Notes: a model not told the origin generated them from the letters alone. A stretch of DNA of 64,000 bases from Mariniphaga sp. (GCA_037128295.1 JBAXWR010000004.1:8423-72422), one strand, 5' to 3'; shown: positions 1 to 9,330, numbered from the stretch's first letter. A program made the numbers and translations.

Positions 1-1
1 A

Positions 2-868
2 ATGTGTCCAGACTTCATGTCCGTCAATATTTATCAGCATCCCGTCGAAATGGCTCTCAATCACCTTTACTTTATAATCGGCCATCATCTTTGCCGCATA
101 GGTCAGCTTTCTTGCCGCAGTATTCTGGAGCATGAACATCCCGTTTTTATCGTCCAAATTGGTGATGGCAAAAGCATCAGGCCCCAAATCGTCAAAGAAT
201 TTTTTCTTGGCATCACGATACCCCGCAAAAGTCTTGTGGTAATCGAGATGGTCGTGTGTCAGGTTCGAAAATACCCCACCATCAAATTTAATACCCGAGA
301 TCCGGTTTTGCGCTACAGCATGTGAACTGACCTCCATAAAACAATATTGGCATCCAACTTCGACCATTTCGGACATAAGCATTTGAATCTGAAGCGGATC
401 TGGCGTGGTATGTGTGGCATGAACTTGTTTATTGTCGATGTAATTGCAAACAGTTGACAATAAACCCACTTTAAAACCAAGTTCTTTAAACAGGCGGTAA
501 AGCAAAGTGGCAGTTGTTGTTTTTCCGTTTGTTCCTGTAATCCCGACAACCTTCAGCGACTTTGACGGGTTACCATAATAATTTGAAGCCATGAGGCCCA
601 ATGTTTCAGATGGGTTTTCAGCGATTATCCAGACAACATTTTGATCTGCTTCGGCAGGAAGTTTCTCACAAAGCACAACCTTAGCCCCATTTGCAATGGC
701 AGAAGTGATAAAACGGGACCCATCCTGAGCGGTACCGGGCAAGGCTGCAAAGAGAAAGCCGGGTTTTACCGCCCTTGAATCGAGTGCCATCCCTTCGATC
801 AGGCAATTGCTGTCACCTTTAAGGGTGATGTTTCCGATTCCGTTTAATACTTCTGTTAAAGTTCTCAT
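2..868 (-). CDS. murE: UDP-N-acetylmuramoyl-L-alanyl-D-glutamate--2,6-diaminopimelate ligase, N-terminal ~289 codons (3' end lies beyond window start)
   Basis: Hand translation of the minus strand from the ATG at 868-866 gives MRTLTEVLNGIGNITLKGDS...LKVVGITGTNGKTTTATLLYRLF...FMEVSSHA...NLTHDHLDYH, which carries the Mur ligase P-loop and core motifs. It lies directly downstream of ftsI as in dcw clusters. It is missing from the ORF track because there is no stop codon inside the window. Confidence 0.85.
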   Translation of the reverse strand, partial: MRTLTEVLNGIGNITLKGDSNCLIEGMALDSRAVKPGFLFAALPGTAQDGSRFITSAIANGAKVVLCEKLPAEADQNVVWIIAENPSETLGLMASNYYGNPSKSLKVVGITGTNGKTTTATLLYRLFKELGFKVGLLSTVCNYIDNKQVHATHTTPDPLQIQMLMSEMVEVGCQYCFMEVSSHAVAQNRISGIKFDGGVFSNLTHDHLDYHKTFAGYRDAKKKFFDDLGPDAFAITNLDDKNGMFMLQNTAARKLTYAAKMMADYKVKVIESHFDGMLINIDGHEVWTH

Positions 869-878
869 AGTTTTAAGA

Positions 879-3008
879 TTAACCGAGTGTCAATACAATG
901 CTTTGACCACGTTGTATTTTAGCCCCTGATTTTATCGATTGTGATTTTACTTTTCCCCGGCCTTTGACCGAAACCCTCATTCCATTGGTTTCGAGCAGGT
1001 AAACTGCATCTGTAGCTCCCATCCCTTTAACATTGGGTACGATACCTTTTTGGACTTCCCTGTTGTTGAGTTCCAGACCATCTTCATCAGGTTTTGCTTC
1101 GACCCAATCGGATTTTGTAAAGGCAAATCCGTTAAGGATATCCAACTCGTCCAAAACATTGGCGATATCTTTTTTTCTTCCGGCTGCAATTCCGGGGATA
1201 TCATTCTCAATTTTGGCCTCCGGCAATTCAATTTCTTCGTTAAGCCCTAATTCATAGGCATATACATAATCAGAGATTTTTCTAAACACCGGACCTGCTA
1301 CTGAAGCTCCATAGTAGTCGCCTCCTTTTGGTGCATTGATCACCACGATGCAAGAGTATTTTGGATGATCGGCAGGAAAATAGCCAGCAAAGGATGACTG
1401 ATAAATTGCCTTCCCACCATGGTTGTACCCCTCCTTATTGTTGGCAACCAATGCGGTACCTGTCTTTCCTGCAATTTTATATGCACTGGTTTCCAAAGCT
1501 TTGGCTGTTCCATTGGTCACCACACCTTCGAGCATGGCTTTGGCTTTACGGATTGTTTTGGCAGAACAAATTGACCAGATCAATTTCTCTGTACCAACTT
1601 TTTCGCGAATTGTCCCATTTTCGGTGATTCCTTTGACGAGCCTCGGTTTCATCATCGTACCTCCGTTGGCCACGGCATTGTAAAATGTAAGTGTTTGAAG
1701 TGGTGTTACTTTTAAGGCATAACCATACGAAAGTGAAGCCAATGAAACTCCTGACCAGATTTTGTCGCCAGGCCTTGTAATGTAAGGTTTTGCTTCACCC
1801 TGAATACCAACGTTCAGGTTCTCGAGGATACCTAATTTGGTGACCCGGTCAATAAAGTCGTTCGCGTCATCTGAATAGCTTTGGGTGATCAGTTTGGCCA
1901 AACCAATATTCGATGACAATTCAAAGGCATGTTTGGCCGTAATTTTCCCATGGCCACCCTTTTCATAATCACTGTCTTTGATAATTTTGTCCTTGTATTT
2001 CCATGTCCCATTGCCAGTATCAACGACCGTAGAGGTATCTATTTTCCCATCCTCCATGGCCGCCATTAAAGAAACCAGTTTAAATGTTGATCCCGGCTCG
2101 GAACAGCCGGCATTGCCGATTGCATAGTTTTGATATCCTCCGATTAATTGGCCGTTACTATTCCTTCCGAAGTTTGCAATTGCCTTAATATCACCTGTTT
2201 CTACTTCCATCAGGATTGCCGTGCCATATTCGGCCCTGTATTTTTCCATTTGGAGCCTAAGGGAGTAGGTGACCTGGTCCTGCATTTTGATGTCAAGTGT
2301 TGTAACCACGTTCTTGCCATCGGTGGGGTCGTCTTTGCTGATGACGAACCATCGGCCCGACATATTTTGTTTGACAGCCACTCCATCTTCACCTTTTAGT
2401 TCCTTTTCGAAAGATTGTTCAAGTCCGAAAGCCCCTGCATTTCCTGTGGGGCCCGCCCCCGTTTTTGTTAGTTTTCCCAAAGTCCTCATGGCCAGGTTAC
2501 CCGATGGGTAAACCCGTTCATTTTCCTGTTCAGTGATCAACCCACCATTATTTCTGCCCTTTCTGAGGATTGGGAATTTTCTAACCACCTGTAACTCTGC
2601 GTAGGAGACTTTCCGGGGAGTGATCAGATAATAATGTTTCTTTTGAGAAAAAGCTTTATAGAGTTCAGCCCTATAAGTTGAGGCTGATTTGTCACGTAAA
2701 AATCTTGAAAGGCAGAGTGCAAGTGAATCGACATCATGTTTAAACGTTAATGCCAGAGCAGGAACCCCCATGTCCATGTACAATTCATAATAGGGAATTG
2801 AGGTTGCCAAAGGACTTCCATCGGCAGCACAGATGTCGCCTCGCCTTGCTTCGATTGCAAACTCTTTGATTTCCAATTTTTGGGCTTCCTTGTCCCATCT
2901 TGGCATATGTTGCACAATCACCACCCGGACAAGGATATAGATGGTGGTTATAGCTATAAAGATATAAACACCCAAAAACCTAAATGATATGTCATTACGT
3001 ATATCCAT
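879..3008 (-). CDS. ftsI: Penicillin-binding protein 3-type peptidoglycan D,D-transpeptidase with C-terminal PASTA-like domain
   Basis: 709-aa ORF with an N-terminal TM anchor, a PBP dimerisation region and a transpeptidase domain (STFK at EPGSTFKLV; KTGTA). Its position between ftsL-like and murE fits. Confidence 0.9.
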   Translation of the reverse strand: MDIRNDISFRFLGVYIFIAITTIYILVRVVIVQHMPRWDKEAQKLEIKEFAIEARRGDICAADGSPLATSIPYYELYMDMGVPALALTFKHDVDSLALCLSRFLRDKSASTYRAELYKAFSQKKHYYLITPRKVSYAELQVVRKFPILRKGRNNGGLITEQENERVYPSGNLAMRTLGKLTKTGAGPTGNAGAFGLEQSFEKELKGEDGVAVKQNMSGRWFVISKDDPTDGKNVVTTLDIKMQDQVTYSLRLQMEKYRAEYGTAILMEVETGDIKAIANFGRNSNGQLIGGYQNYAIGNAGCSEPGSTFKLVSLMAAMEDGKIDTSTVVDTGNGTWKYKDKIIKDSDYEKGGHGKITAKHAFELSSNIGLAKLITQSYSDDANDFIDRVTKLGILENLNVGIQGEAKPYITRPGDKIWSGVSLASLSYGYALKVTPLQTLTFYNAVANGGTMMKPRLVKGITENGTIREKVGTEKLIWSICSAKTIRKAKAMLEGVVTNGTAKALETSAYKIAGKTGTALVANNKEGYNHGGKAIYQSSFAGYFPADHPKYSCIVVINAPKGGDYYGASVAGPVFRKISDYVYAYELGLNEEIELPEAKIENDIPGIAAGRKKDIANVLDELDILNGFAFTKSDWVEAKPDEDGLELNNREVQKGIVPNVKGMGATDAVYLLETNGMRVSVKGRGKVKSQSIKSGAKIQRGQSIVLTLG

Positions 3009-3010
3009 AT

Positions 3011-3352
3011 TTACTCTTTGTCAACATAGATTTTCCTTGGTGGCTCTTTTGAGATTCCGATGTCAAGGCCACTATTTTTTACACGTTCGAGAATCACCGA
3101 GTGACGGCCGAGCCTCTGTACCTCGGCAGCCACAGCGATTGAATTTGAACGCAATTCGATCAGACTATCTTCCAGTGCTGTCATTTCGCGGATCACCTTT
3201 TCCGATTTATACCTTAATGATATACTGGACAAAGCCATAATGAAGAACATAAGCAAAAGCATCCAATTGTTCCGGAACCAGTCACTATCCATGAAGGTTC
3301 CATTGAGTAGGCTTTTAAAAGAGAACTTCTTTTTTCGTTTGTTTTCCATCAC
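3011..3352 (-). CDS. FtsL-like cell division protein (small bitopic membrane protein)
   Basis: 113 aa with a basic N-terminus, one TM helix (WMLLLMFFIMALSSISL) and a coiled-coil tail. It overlaps the rsmH stop by 4 nt and precedes ftsI. Confidence 0.7.
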   Translation of the reverse strand: MMENKRKKKFSFKSLLNGTFMDSDWFRNNWMLLLMFFIMALSSISLRYKSEKVIREMTALEDSLIELRSNSIAVAAEVQRLGRHSVILERVKNSGLDIGISKEPPRKIYVDKE

Positions 3353-4251
3353 TTCCTTTTTTCTGCGATTCTCAACTTTGCACTCCTGGCCCTGGGGTTT
3401 TTGTAAATTTCCTTTTCGTCCGGAATGATAATTTTGCGGTTCACCAACTCAAACGGTGAGTTGCTGTTGCCATAAAAATCCTGTTCCAATGCCCCATCAA
3501 TCCTTCCTGAACGCATAAAATTTTTCACAAGCCTGTCTTCGAGTGAATGGTACGACAGCATGACCAATCTCCCCCCGGGCTTCAAAAGATCAGTTGTACT
3601 TTCAAGAAAATCGCTTAAAACGCCTATTTCATTGTTTACTTCGATCCGCAATGCCTGAAATACCATAGCGAGATATTTTTTCTCAATCTTCTCAGGTACA
3701 CAGGGCGCAATTACCTTTAAAAACTGGTTCGTCGTGGTGATCGGCGCTTCTGTTCTGGCTGCTGTGATGGTTGAAACCAGGTGCCGCCAATTTTTGAGTT
3801 CACCATATTCACGGAAAATCTGCCACAACTTTACCTCGCTGTAGGTATTGACAACTTTGGCAGCGTCAAGATCCGACGATTGGTTCATGCGCATGTCGAG
3901 GTTGCCTTCGAACCTGAACGAGAAGCCACGGTCTGGGACATCGAAATCGTGGGACGAGACTCCCAGATCGGCCAATATCCCGTCAACCTGATCAATCTGG
4001 TAATAGCGCAAAAAATTGCGGATGAATTTAAAATTGTGCCGCACAAATGTCAAGCGATCATCAACGATCACATTTTCAGTAGCATCAATATCCTGATCGA
4101 AAGCAATCAACCGGCCACCTTCGAGTTTTTCAAGGATTTTTGCCGAATGCCCCCCTCCACCATAGGTCACATCAACGTAAACCCCGTTGGGCTGAATGTT
4201 CAACCCTTCAATACTCTCTTCGAGTAAAACCGGTATGTGATATTCGTTCAT
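3349..4251 (-). CDS. rsmH: 16S rRNA (cytosine1402-N4)-methyltransferase
   Basis: 300 aa starting HIPVLLEESIEGL...DVTYGGGGHS...DLGVSSHQ-like (DLGVSSHDFD), which are typical RsmH/MraW motifs. dcw context agrees. Confidence 0.93.
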   Translation of the reverse strand: MNEYHIPVLLEESIEGLNIQPNGVYVDVTYGGGGHSAKILEKLEGGRLIAFDQDIDATENVIVDDRLTFVRHNFKFIRNFLRYYQIDQVDGILADLGVSSHDFDVPDRGFSFRFEGNLDMRMNQSSDLDAAKVVNTYSEVKLWQIFREYGELKNWRHLVSTITAARTEAPITTTNQFLKVIAPCVPEKIEKKYLAMVFQALRIEVNNEIGVLSDFLESTTDLLKPGGRLVMLSYHSLEDRLVKNFMRSGRIDGALEQDFYGNSNSPFELVNRKIIIPDEKEIYKNPRARSAKLRIAEKRK

Positions 4252-4288
4252 GTGGTCTTAGATTCTATCGTGATTATTGTAAAGCAAA

Positions 4289-4732
4289 TTATCCGATCAA
4301 TTCAGAGTACATATTCTTATATGCCTCATCATCAAGCAACCATGCTTTATGAATGGCAGGATCCCAAAGTCTGATTTTTTTACCCTGACCTGTAAATAAA
4401 GCATCTTTGGTTATGCCGGCATAAGCCAGCATTTCGTCAGGAATATTCAACCTTCCGTTTTCAGCCATCGGCACCTGATGGATTTCTTCATAATACCGAT
4501 CGATGAACTTGCGTTGAATCGGATCTTTCCGGTCGATCCTACCATCCAATTCTTTTGAATGTTCCTCCCAAGAAGCACGTGGGTAAATGTTCAGACAACG
4601 GTTCTGTAGGTCTTTTTCGATCGCAAACACCGGCTCAACAGCATCACCAAGCTCCTTTTTGTAGGAGGCTGGTAAAACTACGCGGCCTTTACCGTCAACA
4701 GTTACAGGATATTTGCTCGAAAATATAGCCAT
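4289..4732 (-). CDS. mraZ: Division/cell wall cluster transcriptional regulator MraZ
   Basis: The internal ATG at 4732 gives MAIFSSKYPVTVDGKGRVVLPA..., a canonical MraZ N-terminus with the duplicated SpoVT/AbrB-like module. The 22 extra codons of the tracked ORF look non-coding. Confidence 0.88.
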   Translation of the reverse strand: MAIFSSKYPVTVDGKGRVVLPASYKKELGDAVEPVFAIEKDLQNRCLNIYPRASWEEHSKELDGRIDRKDPIQRKFIDRYYEEIHQVPMAENGRLNIPDEMLAYAGITKDALFTGQGKKIRLWDPAIHKAWLLDDEAYKNMYSELIG

Positions 4733-4755
4733 CTGAAATTTACTTCTCAATCGAA

Positions 4756-4808
4756 GTGTAAAAATATAAATATTACACAACATGACAATAGGTGACATTC
4801 TATTACAC
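4756..4808 (-). promoter_or_regulatory. Candidate mraZ promoter/operator: TATTACAC direct repeat (4771-4778, 4801-4808; 30-bp spacing) plus an inverted GTGTAA (4756-4761)
   Basis: Identical 8-mers were counted directly in the sequence. On the coding strand they read GTGTAATA. MraZ proteins are known to bind repeated GTG-containing boxes upstream of their own gene. Confidence 0.25.
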
Positions 4809-5033
4809 CAAATTATTTGAAAGAAAATTTTAACATTCTTATCAACCAGAAAGTTAAAAATGTTAATAACTCAAAATAGCTGTTGATATCTTTGTCGAAG
4901 AAGGTTTTGAAATCCTTATAAAGTCCAATCAGGCCAATGGAAGTCGAAAAAAAATAGTTTCGTTTTGTTTTCATAATTCGAATACCGACTGTTTTTTATT
5001 TTACTTTGGGACGGAAAATAAATTTTCGCAAAA

Positions 5034-5870
5034 ATGGAAAACGAAAGGATTGTCTCTCTTATAAAACCTATTGATTTAAAGGAACTTGTATTGGAAAAAA
5101 ATCCAAAACTTGCAGCCCGGATACCTGGGTTTGTTTATGGCCTTTTGAACAGGTTGCTCCATATCAGGGAGGTGAACGAGATCATCCGAAAGTATGGCCA
5201 TCTGAAAGGGGTTCCATTTATTGAAGCAGTTTTGCAATACTTTGAGGTGAAGGTGGAGCATTATGGGGATGAAAATTTTCCTTCTACCGGAAGGTTTATT
5301 TTTGCCTCAAATCATCCATTGGGTGGTTTTGACGGACTGATGCTGATCAAAGTAGTTAGTGACCGCATGGGAAAATCGTTGTTTCTTGTCCGGGACGAAC
5401 TGACCAAAATTCCCACGCTGACCGATTTGTTTATCCCAATCAATAAATTTGGGGATCAACGCCGCTCGGCAAGTCTAATCAATGAGGCATACAATTCGGA
5501 AAGCCAAATCCTCATATTCCCTTCAGGGTTGGCTTCCCGAAAAATTAAAGGGAAGATCACCGATTTGGTATGGCAGAAGCATTTTATCCAGAAATCGGTT
5601 GAGCATCGAAGGGATGTTGTGCCGGTTTATATCAGCGGAAGAAATTCATGGTTTTTTTATTGGCTGGCCAATTTTCGTAAATTGATAGGTATTAAGTTAA
5701 ATATTGAAATGTTCCTTTTGCCTGATGAATTGTTCAAAAACAGGGGCAAGACCTTTGTGATCAATTTTGGGATACCATTGTCATGGAACAGTTTCGATCG
5801 CACCAGGACACAGACGGAATGGGCAGAAGAGGTGAAAAAGGTTGTTTACGCATTAGCGAGTCAACCATAG
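5034..5870 (+). CDS. Lysophospholipid/PlsC-family O-acyltransferase, GlsA-like (aminolipid second acylation)
   Basis: 278 aa with the acyltransferase block FASNHPLGGFDG and a later FPSG motif. It neighbours a GNAT/OlsB-like N-acyltransferase, the pairing known for Bacteroidota glycine/serine-glycine lipid synthesis. Confidence 0.7.
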   Translation: MENERIVSLIKPIDLKELVLEKNPKLAARIPGFVYGLLNRLLHIREVNEIIRKYGHLKGVPFIEAVLQYFEVKVEHYGDENFPSTGRFIFASNHPLGGFDGLMLIKVVSDRMGKSLFLVRDELTKIPTLTDLFIPINKFGDQRRSASLINEAYNSESQILIFPSGLASRKIKGKITDLVWQKHFIQKSVEHRRDVVPVYISGRNSWFFYWLANFRKLIGIKLNIEMFLLPDELFKNRGKTFVINFGIPLSWNSFDRTRTQTEWAEEVKKVVYALASQP

Positions 5871-5910
5871 GATTATTTTTATTTTCATCTTCTTCACAGG
5901 ATCGAATGTA

Positions 5911-6130
5911 GCGGCTGGCAACTGGCAGCTGGCAGCACCTTCAATTGGGTTTTGTTTCTGATAAAAAAAATCTCTATTAATATCGATATTACAAATTCCG
6001 GATATTTGATAAGCTACTGTATAACAACAGATTATTAATCCAGACAACGGCAAACCGCCAGTTGCCAGTCCCTAAGGACCAACAGCCAGTATTACCCGGA
6101 AAGAGTCCCAGTTGCCAGTTGCCAGCAGCC
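5911..6130. repeat. 220-bp intergenic element bounded by 22-nt inverted repeats made of GCCAGTT-type heptamers
   Basis: IR-L at 5911-5932 (GCGGCTGGCAACTGGCAGCTGG) matches the reverse complement of IR-R at 6108-6129 (GCTGCTGGCAACTGGCAACTGG) at 20/22 positions by my alignment. There is an extra inner copy at 6055-6070 and a perfect 14-bp palindrome TAATATCGATATTA at 5978-5991. Confidence 0.7.
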
Positions 6131-6219
6131 ATATGCCCTTCGGATAAATAAATTCCAGCCTATTCCACATAGAGATTAAAAAATGTTATTTTTGAAGCCA
6201 CAATTCAAGAGTTTGAAAA

Positions 6220-7191
6220 ATGAAGGAAATTATTCCTCCCGTGGCAAGGGAGCTACTCGAAGCAGAGTTGACTGCAGACAAATTCCAACGGAAAACAAAC
6301 AAAGCCGATAACGAGATTTACATTCTTTCGCACCACGATTCTCCAAATCTGATGCGGGAAATCGGGCGTTTACGTGAGTTGACTTTTCGCTCGGCCGGTG
6401 GTGGTATTGGCGAAGAAGTCGATATAGACAAATATGATACATCAGAAGAACATTATTATAATCAATTGATTGTCTGGGATCCAAGTCGCCGCGAAATATT
6501 GGGTGGTTACCGATATATTCATTGTGCAGGTGTTCCACGCGATGAAACCGGTGAAGTTCCATTGGCAACATCCCATCTTTTTCATTTTTCGGACGAGTTT
6601 ATCGACGATTATCTTCCTTATGTGATTGAGTTGGGCCGTTCGTTTGTACAACCCGATTATCAGTCAAGTAAAGCAGGGGCCAAAGCTCTTTTTGCATTAG
6701 ACAATCTTTGGGACGGACTAGGTGCCCTTGTGATCGACCATCCGGATATCAAATATTACTTTGGGAAAGTGACGATGTACCCGCAATACAATCAGCATGC
6801 CCGAAACCTGATCCTCTATTTTTTTGAAAAATACTTTCCCGATCCTGACAAGTTGGTCAGACCAAAGATACCTATGCCCTATTCGGCCGATTTTGCCTAT
6901 CTTGAAGAACTGTTTTCAGGAAAAGGCTACGATGAAGCTTATAAAATCCTTTCGGCAGAAGTGCGGAAATATGGCGAGAACATCCCTCCATTGATCAATG
7001 CCTATATGACCCTCACCCCTTCTATGAAAACTTTTGGGACTGTGATCAGCGATGAGTTTGGGGATGTGGAAGAGACAGGTATCCTTTTGAGCATTGACGA
7101 TATGTACGATACTAAAATCGACAGGCACATTTCGACCTATCTCGAAGAACTTGCTGATAAACAGGAAGATCCAAAGGTGAGGTTTCAGTAA
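6220..7191 (+). CDS. GNAT-family N-acyltransferase, OlsB/GlsB-like (hemolysin-like aminolipid synthase)
   Basis: 323 aa. The N-terminal half resembles lyso-ornithine/glycine lipid N-acyltransferases (LRELTFRSAGGG...ELGRSFV). It is paired with a PlsC-like acyltransferase. Confidence 0.65.
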   Translation: MKEIIPPVARELLEAELTADKFQRKTNKADNEIYILSHHDSPNLMREIGRLRELTFRSAGGGIGEEVDIDKYDTSEEHYYNQLIVWDPSRREILGGYRYIHCAGVPRDETGEVPLATSHLFHFSDEFIDDYLPYVIELGRSFVQPDYQSSKAGAKALFALDNLWDGLGALVIDHPDIKYYFGKVTMYPQYNQHARNLILYFFEKYFPDPDKLVRPKIPMPYSADFAYLEELFSGKGYDEAYKILSAEVRKYGENIPPLINAYMTLTPSMKTFGTVISDEFGDVEETGILLSIDDMYDTKIDRHISTYLEELADKQEDPKVRFQ

Positions 7192-7265
7192 TATGGGGAT
7201 TATAGCTTCTTAAGAGGAGACTGCGTGTTATTTAAGAACTTGAGATAATAAAAAACGGCAGCTGG

Positions 7266-7290
7266 CAACTGGTGGCTGGCTCGTACTAAA
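7266..7290 (+). repeat. Heptamer-repeat copy (CGGCAGCTGGCAACTGGTGGCTGGC) 75 bp past the stop of the 6220..7191 gene
   Basis: Shares the CTGGCAACTGG core with 5911-5936. A short inverse partner TTGCCAGTT lies at 7355-7363. Confidence 0.6.
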
Positions 7291-7373
7291 GGTTGTTTGG
7301 AGTTATAAAGCAGGATACTGTTTTTTTTATTACCTTATCACTAATTGCCAGTTTAAACCTTAATCAATGAATC

Positions 7374-8384
7374 TCAAATGTTCTTTTGCATTCCCGTTTT
7401 TAAATTACTTGCAAATAACATTCCAATTATCTTTTGTGTTTGATCGGGGTAATCGACTTCAACCTTCTGGTCCGATTCAAGCCATTGGCCAATTTTGCCG
7501 AAATGTTTTTCCTTCAGGCTCTTAATGACGGGAACACCCATCAATTCGAGAGCAGCGGCATTGCATTTTTGCTCATATTGTCCTTTCATAGGAACAACCA
7601 TCAACTTCTTTTTTAAATAAAGTGCTTCTGCCGGAGTTTCAAATCCAGCTCCGCACAAAACCCCATTCGAACCTGCCATATCTGCTACAAACTCATCATT
7701 TGTAATCGGGAAAACCGAGATATTTGCCAAAAAATAGGGTTTCTTTGCATGTTTTGAAAAAATATGCCACCTGATGTTTCCAAAATGCGAGAGCTTTTCA
7801 ACAAGCCTTTGGTCATCGTATGCTGGCAGGTAAACCGTATAATAATCAAGTTCTTCAATCCCAATTTCCCTGACCTGTTTTCGAATAACCGGAGTAAAAA
7901 TGAACTCGTCATAGGGCTGAAAATGAAATCCAAAGTGGGCATTTGCCGGTGCATAATTCCGGATGACAAAACGACCAAAATAATCTTTTTTAAGTGGCAT
8001 GGGAACTTTAGCGCTTAACAATGATCCCTGATGACTTAAACTGATACAAGGAACGCCCTTGCTTCGGCAAGCCCAGGCAGAAATTGGTTCAAAATCATTG
8101 ATTACCAGATCATAGTCCTCCACATTCAATTGATTCATTTCGCGTTTCATATTTGGAAGGCTTGCATTGACCGTTGTGCTCCAAAGGTCGATTCCCCCTT
8201 TTTTGCCAAAAGTAAAGCTCAAACCCTTAAACTTAAATTTTACCGGGACACTAAGTTCAACATCGCACTGCGTCCCACTGATCAGAATATCATAATCACA
8301 ATATTGGCCAAGAGTGGGTATGATTTCCCTAGCGCGGCTGATATGGCCGTTGCCCGTTCCCTGTATTGCATAGAGTACCTTCAT
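7374..8384 (-). CDS. Glycosyltransferase (GT-B fold, MGDG-synthase/MJ1255-like)
   Basis: 336 aa. It has an N-terminal G-rich loop (AIQGTGNGHISR) and a C-terminal nucleotide-sugar binding half (GAGFETPAEALYLKKKLMVVP). It starts 15 nt downstream of the phosphoesterase gene on the same strand. Confidence 0.7.
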   Translation of the reverse strand: MKVLYAIQGTGNGHISRAREIIPTLGQYCDYDILISGTQCDVELSVPVKFKFKGLSFTFGKKGGIDLWSTTVNASLPNMKREMNQLNVEDYDLVINDFEPISAWACRSKGVPCISLSHQGSLLSAKVPMPLKKDYFGRFVIRNYAPANAHFGFHFQPYDEFIFTPVIRKQVREIGIEELDYYTVYLPAYDDQRLVEKLSHFGNIRWHIFSKHAKKPYFLANISVFPITNDEFVADMAGSNGVLCGAGFETPAEALYLKKKLMVVPMKGQYEQKCNAAALELMGVPVIKSLKEKHFGKIGQWLESDQKVEVDYPDQTQKIIGMLFASNLKTGMQKNI

Positions 8385-8399
8385 TTATAAAAAATTGTA

Positions 8400-9251
8400 T
8401 TAGTTGCTGAATTCCATCAACATATTTTTAAACAAGTCCTTCACTCCCACATCGACCAATTTCTCAAAATCGGCAACCACAATACCTGGTTCTTCGATAA
8501 AATCGGTCCTGTAATTGAAAATCCCCCATTTACCTTCGTTGTATTCGAGGGCTGTCAGGTTTTCGATCCAGTCGCCCGAATTAAGATAGTTGACCGAGAA
8601 GTTTTCTATTCGTATTTTTCGCATTTCTGGTTTGTGGATATGACCACATACAACCGTATCGACTCCTTTTCTTGCTGCAACATTGGCAACAGTTTCTTCA
8701 AAAGCATTGATAAATTTAACCGCACTTTTTACAGATTCCTTGATCTTCTTGGAGAAGGAAACAGGTTTCAACTTTAAATCCAAAAACCGAAAAGTCCAAT
8801 TGATCATCGTGTTCAAACCAACAAGGAAGTCGTATCCGATGGCTCCCAGTTTTGACAGCCATTTTGAATATTGCATCACAACATCGAACACATCGCCATG
8901 AAAGAACCAGGTTGTTTGACCGTCGAGCTCAAGTTTCAAATCATTGATGATCCTTAACCGGCCAACTTTCATCCCCGTGAAACGTCGCAACATTTCATCA
9001 TGGTTTCCGGTGATGTAATAGACCGTACAACGTTCAGAAGCTAGACCCATCAGGTGTTTGACCACTTTAAGATGCGATTTTGGGAAATAGCGCTTCTTAA
9101 ACTGCCAGATGTCTATAATATCCCCGTTCAGGATCAGAATTTTTGGTTTGATGCTTTTCAGGTACTTTAGTAATTCAACAGCCTGGCAACCAGATGTGCC
9201 CAGATGTACATCGGAAATTACCACTACTTCAACATTTCGTTTATTGTCCAT
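8400..9251 (-). CDS. LpxH-fold calcineurin-like phosphoesterase with lipid-cap insertion (UDP-2,3-diacylglucosamine diphosphatase family or PlcP-like phospholipase C)
   Basis: Metallophosphoesterase motifs are present: SDVHLG, NGDIIDIW, GNHDE, HGD and, after an ~80-aa insertion, GHIHKP. I chose the ATG at 9251 (MDNKRNVEVVVISD). The tracked ORF starts at a TTG at 9278. Confidence 0.75.
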   Translation of the reverse strand: MDNKRNVEVVVISDVHLGTSGCQAVELLKYLKSIKPKILILNGDIIDIWQFKKRYFPKSHLKVVKHLMGLASERCTVYYITGNHDEMLRRFTGMKVGRLRIINDLKLELDGQTTWFFHGDVFDVVMQYSKWLSKLGAIGYDFLVGLNTMINWTFRFLDLKLKPVSFSKKIKESVKSAVKFINAFEETVANVAARKGVDTVVCGHIHKPEMRKIRIENFSVNYLNSGDWIENLTALEYNEGKWGIFNYRTDFIEEPGIVVADFEKLVDVGVKDLFKNMLMEFSN

Positions 9252-9292
9252 TTTCAGTATGAATTTTAATTCAACCAATAAACGGCCAACCA

Positions 9293-9330
9293 GTTACTGA
9301 ACGGTTACAAAACAATGAATTTGTGGTTAC
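9293..9330 (-). promoter_or_regulatory. Three GTAAC (plus-strand GTTAC) direct repeats at 9293, 9304 and 9326 (spacing 11 and 22 bp)
   Basis: Positions counted directly. The repeats are oriented with the downstream minus-strand phosphoesterase gene, 42-79 bp upstream of its ATG. Confidence 0.5.

Noticed and set aside
3781-4227. 148-aa plus-strand ORF
   Set aside because: It lies entirely antisense within rsmH, whose product carries canonical motifs.
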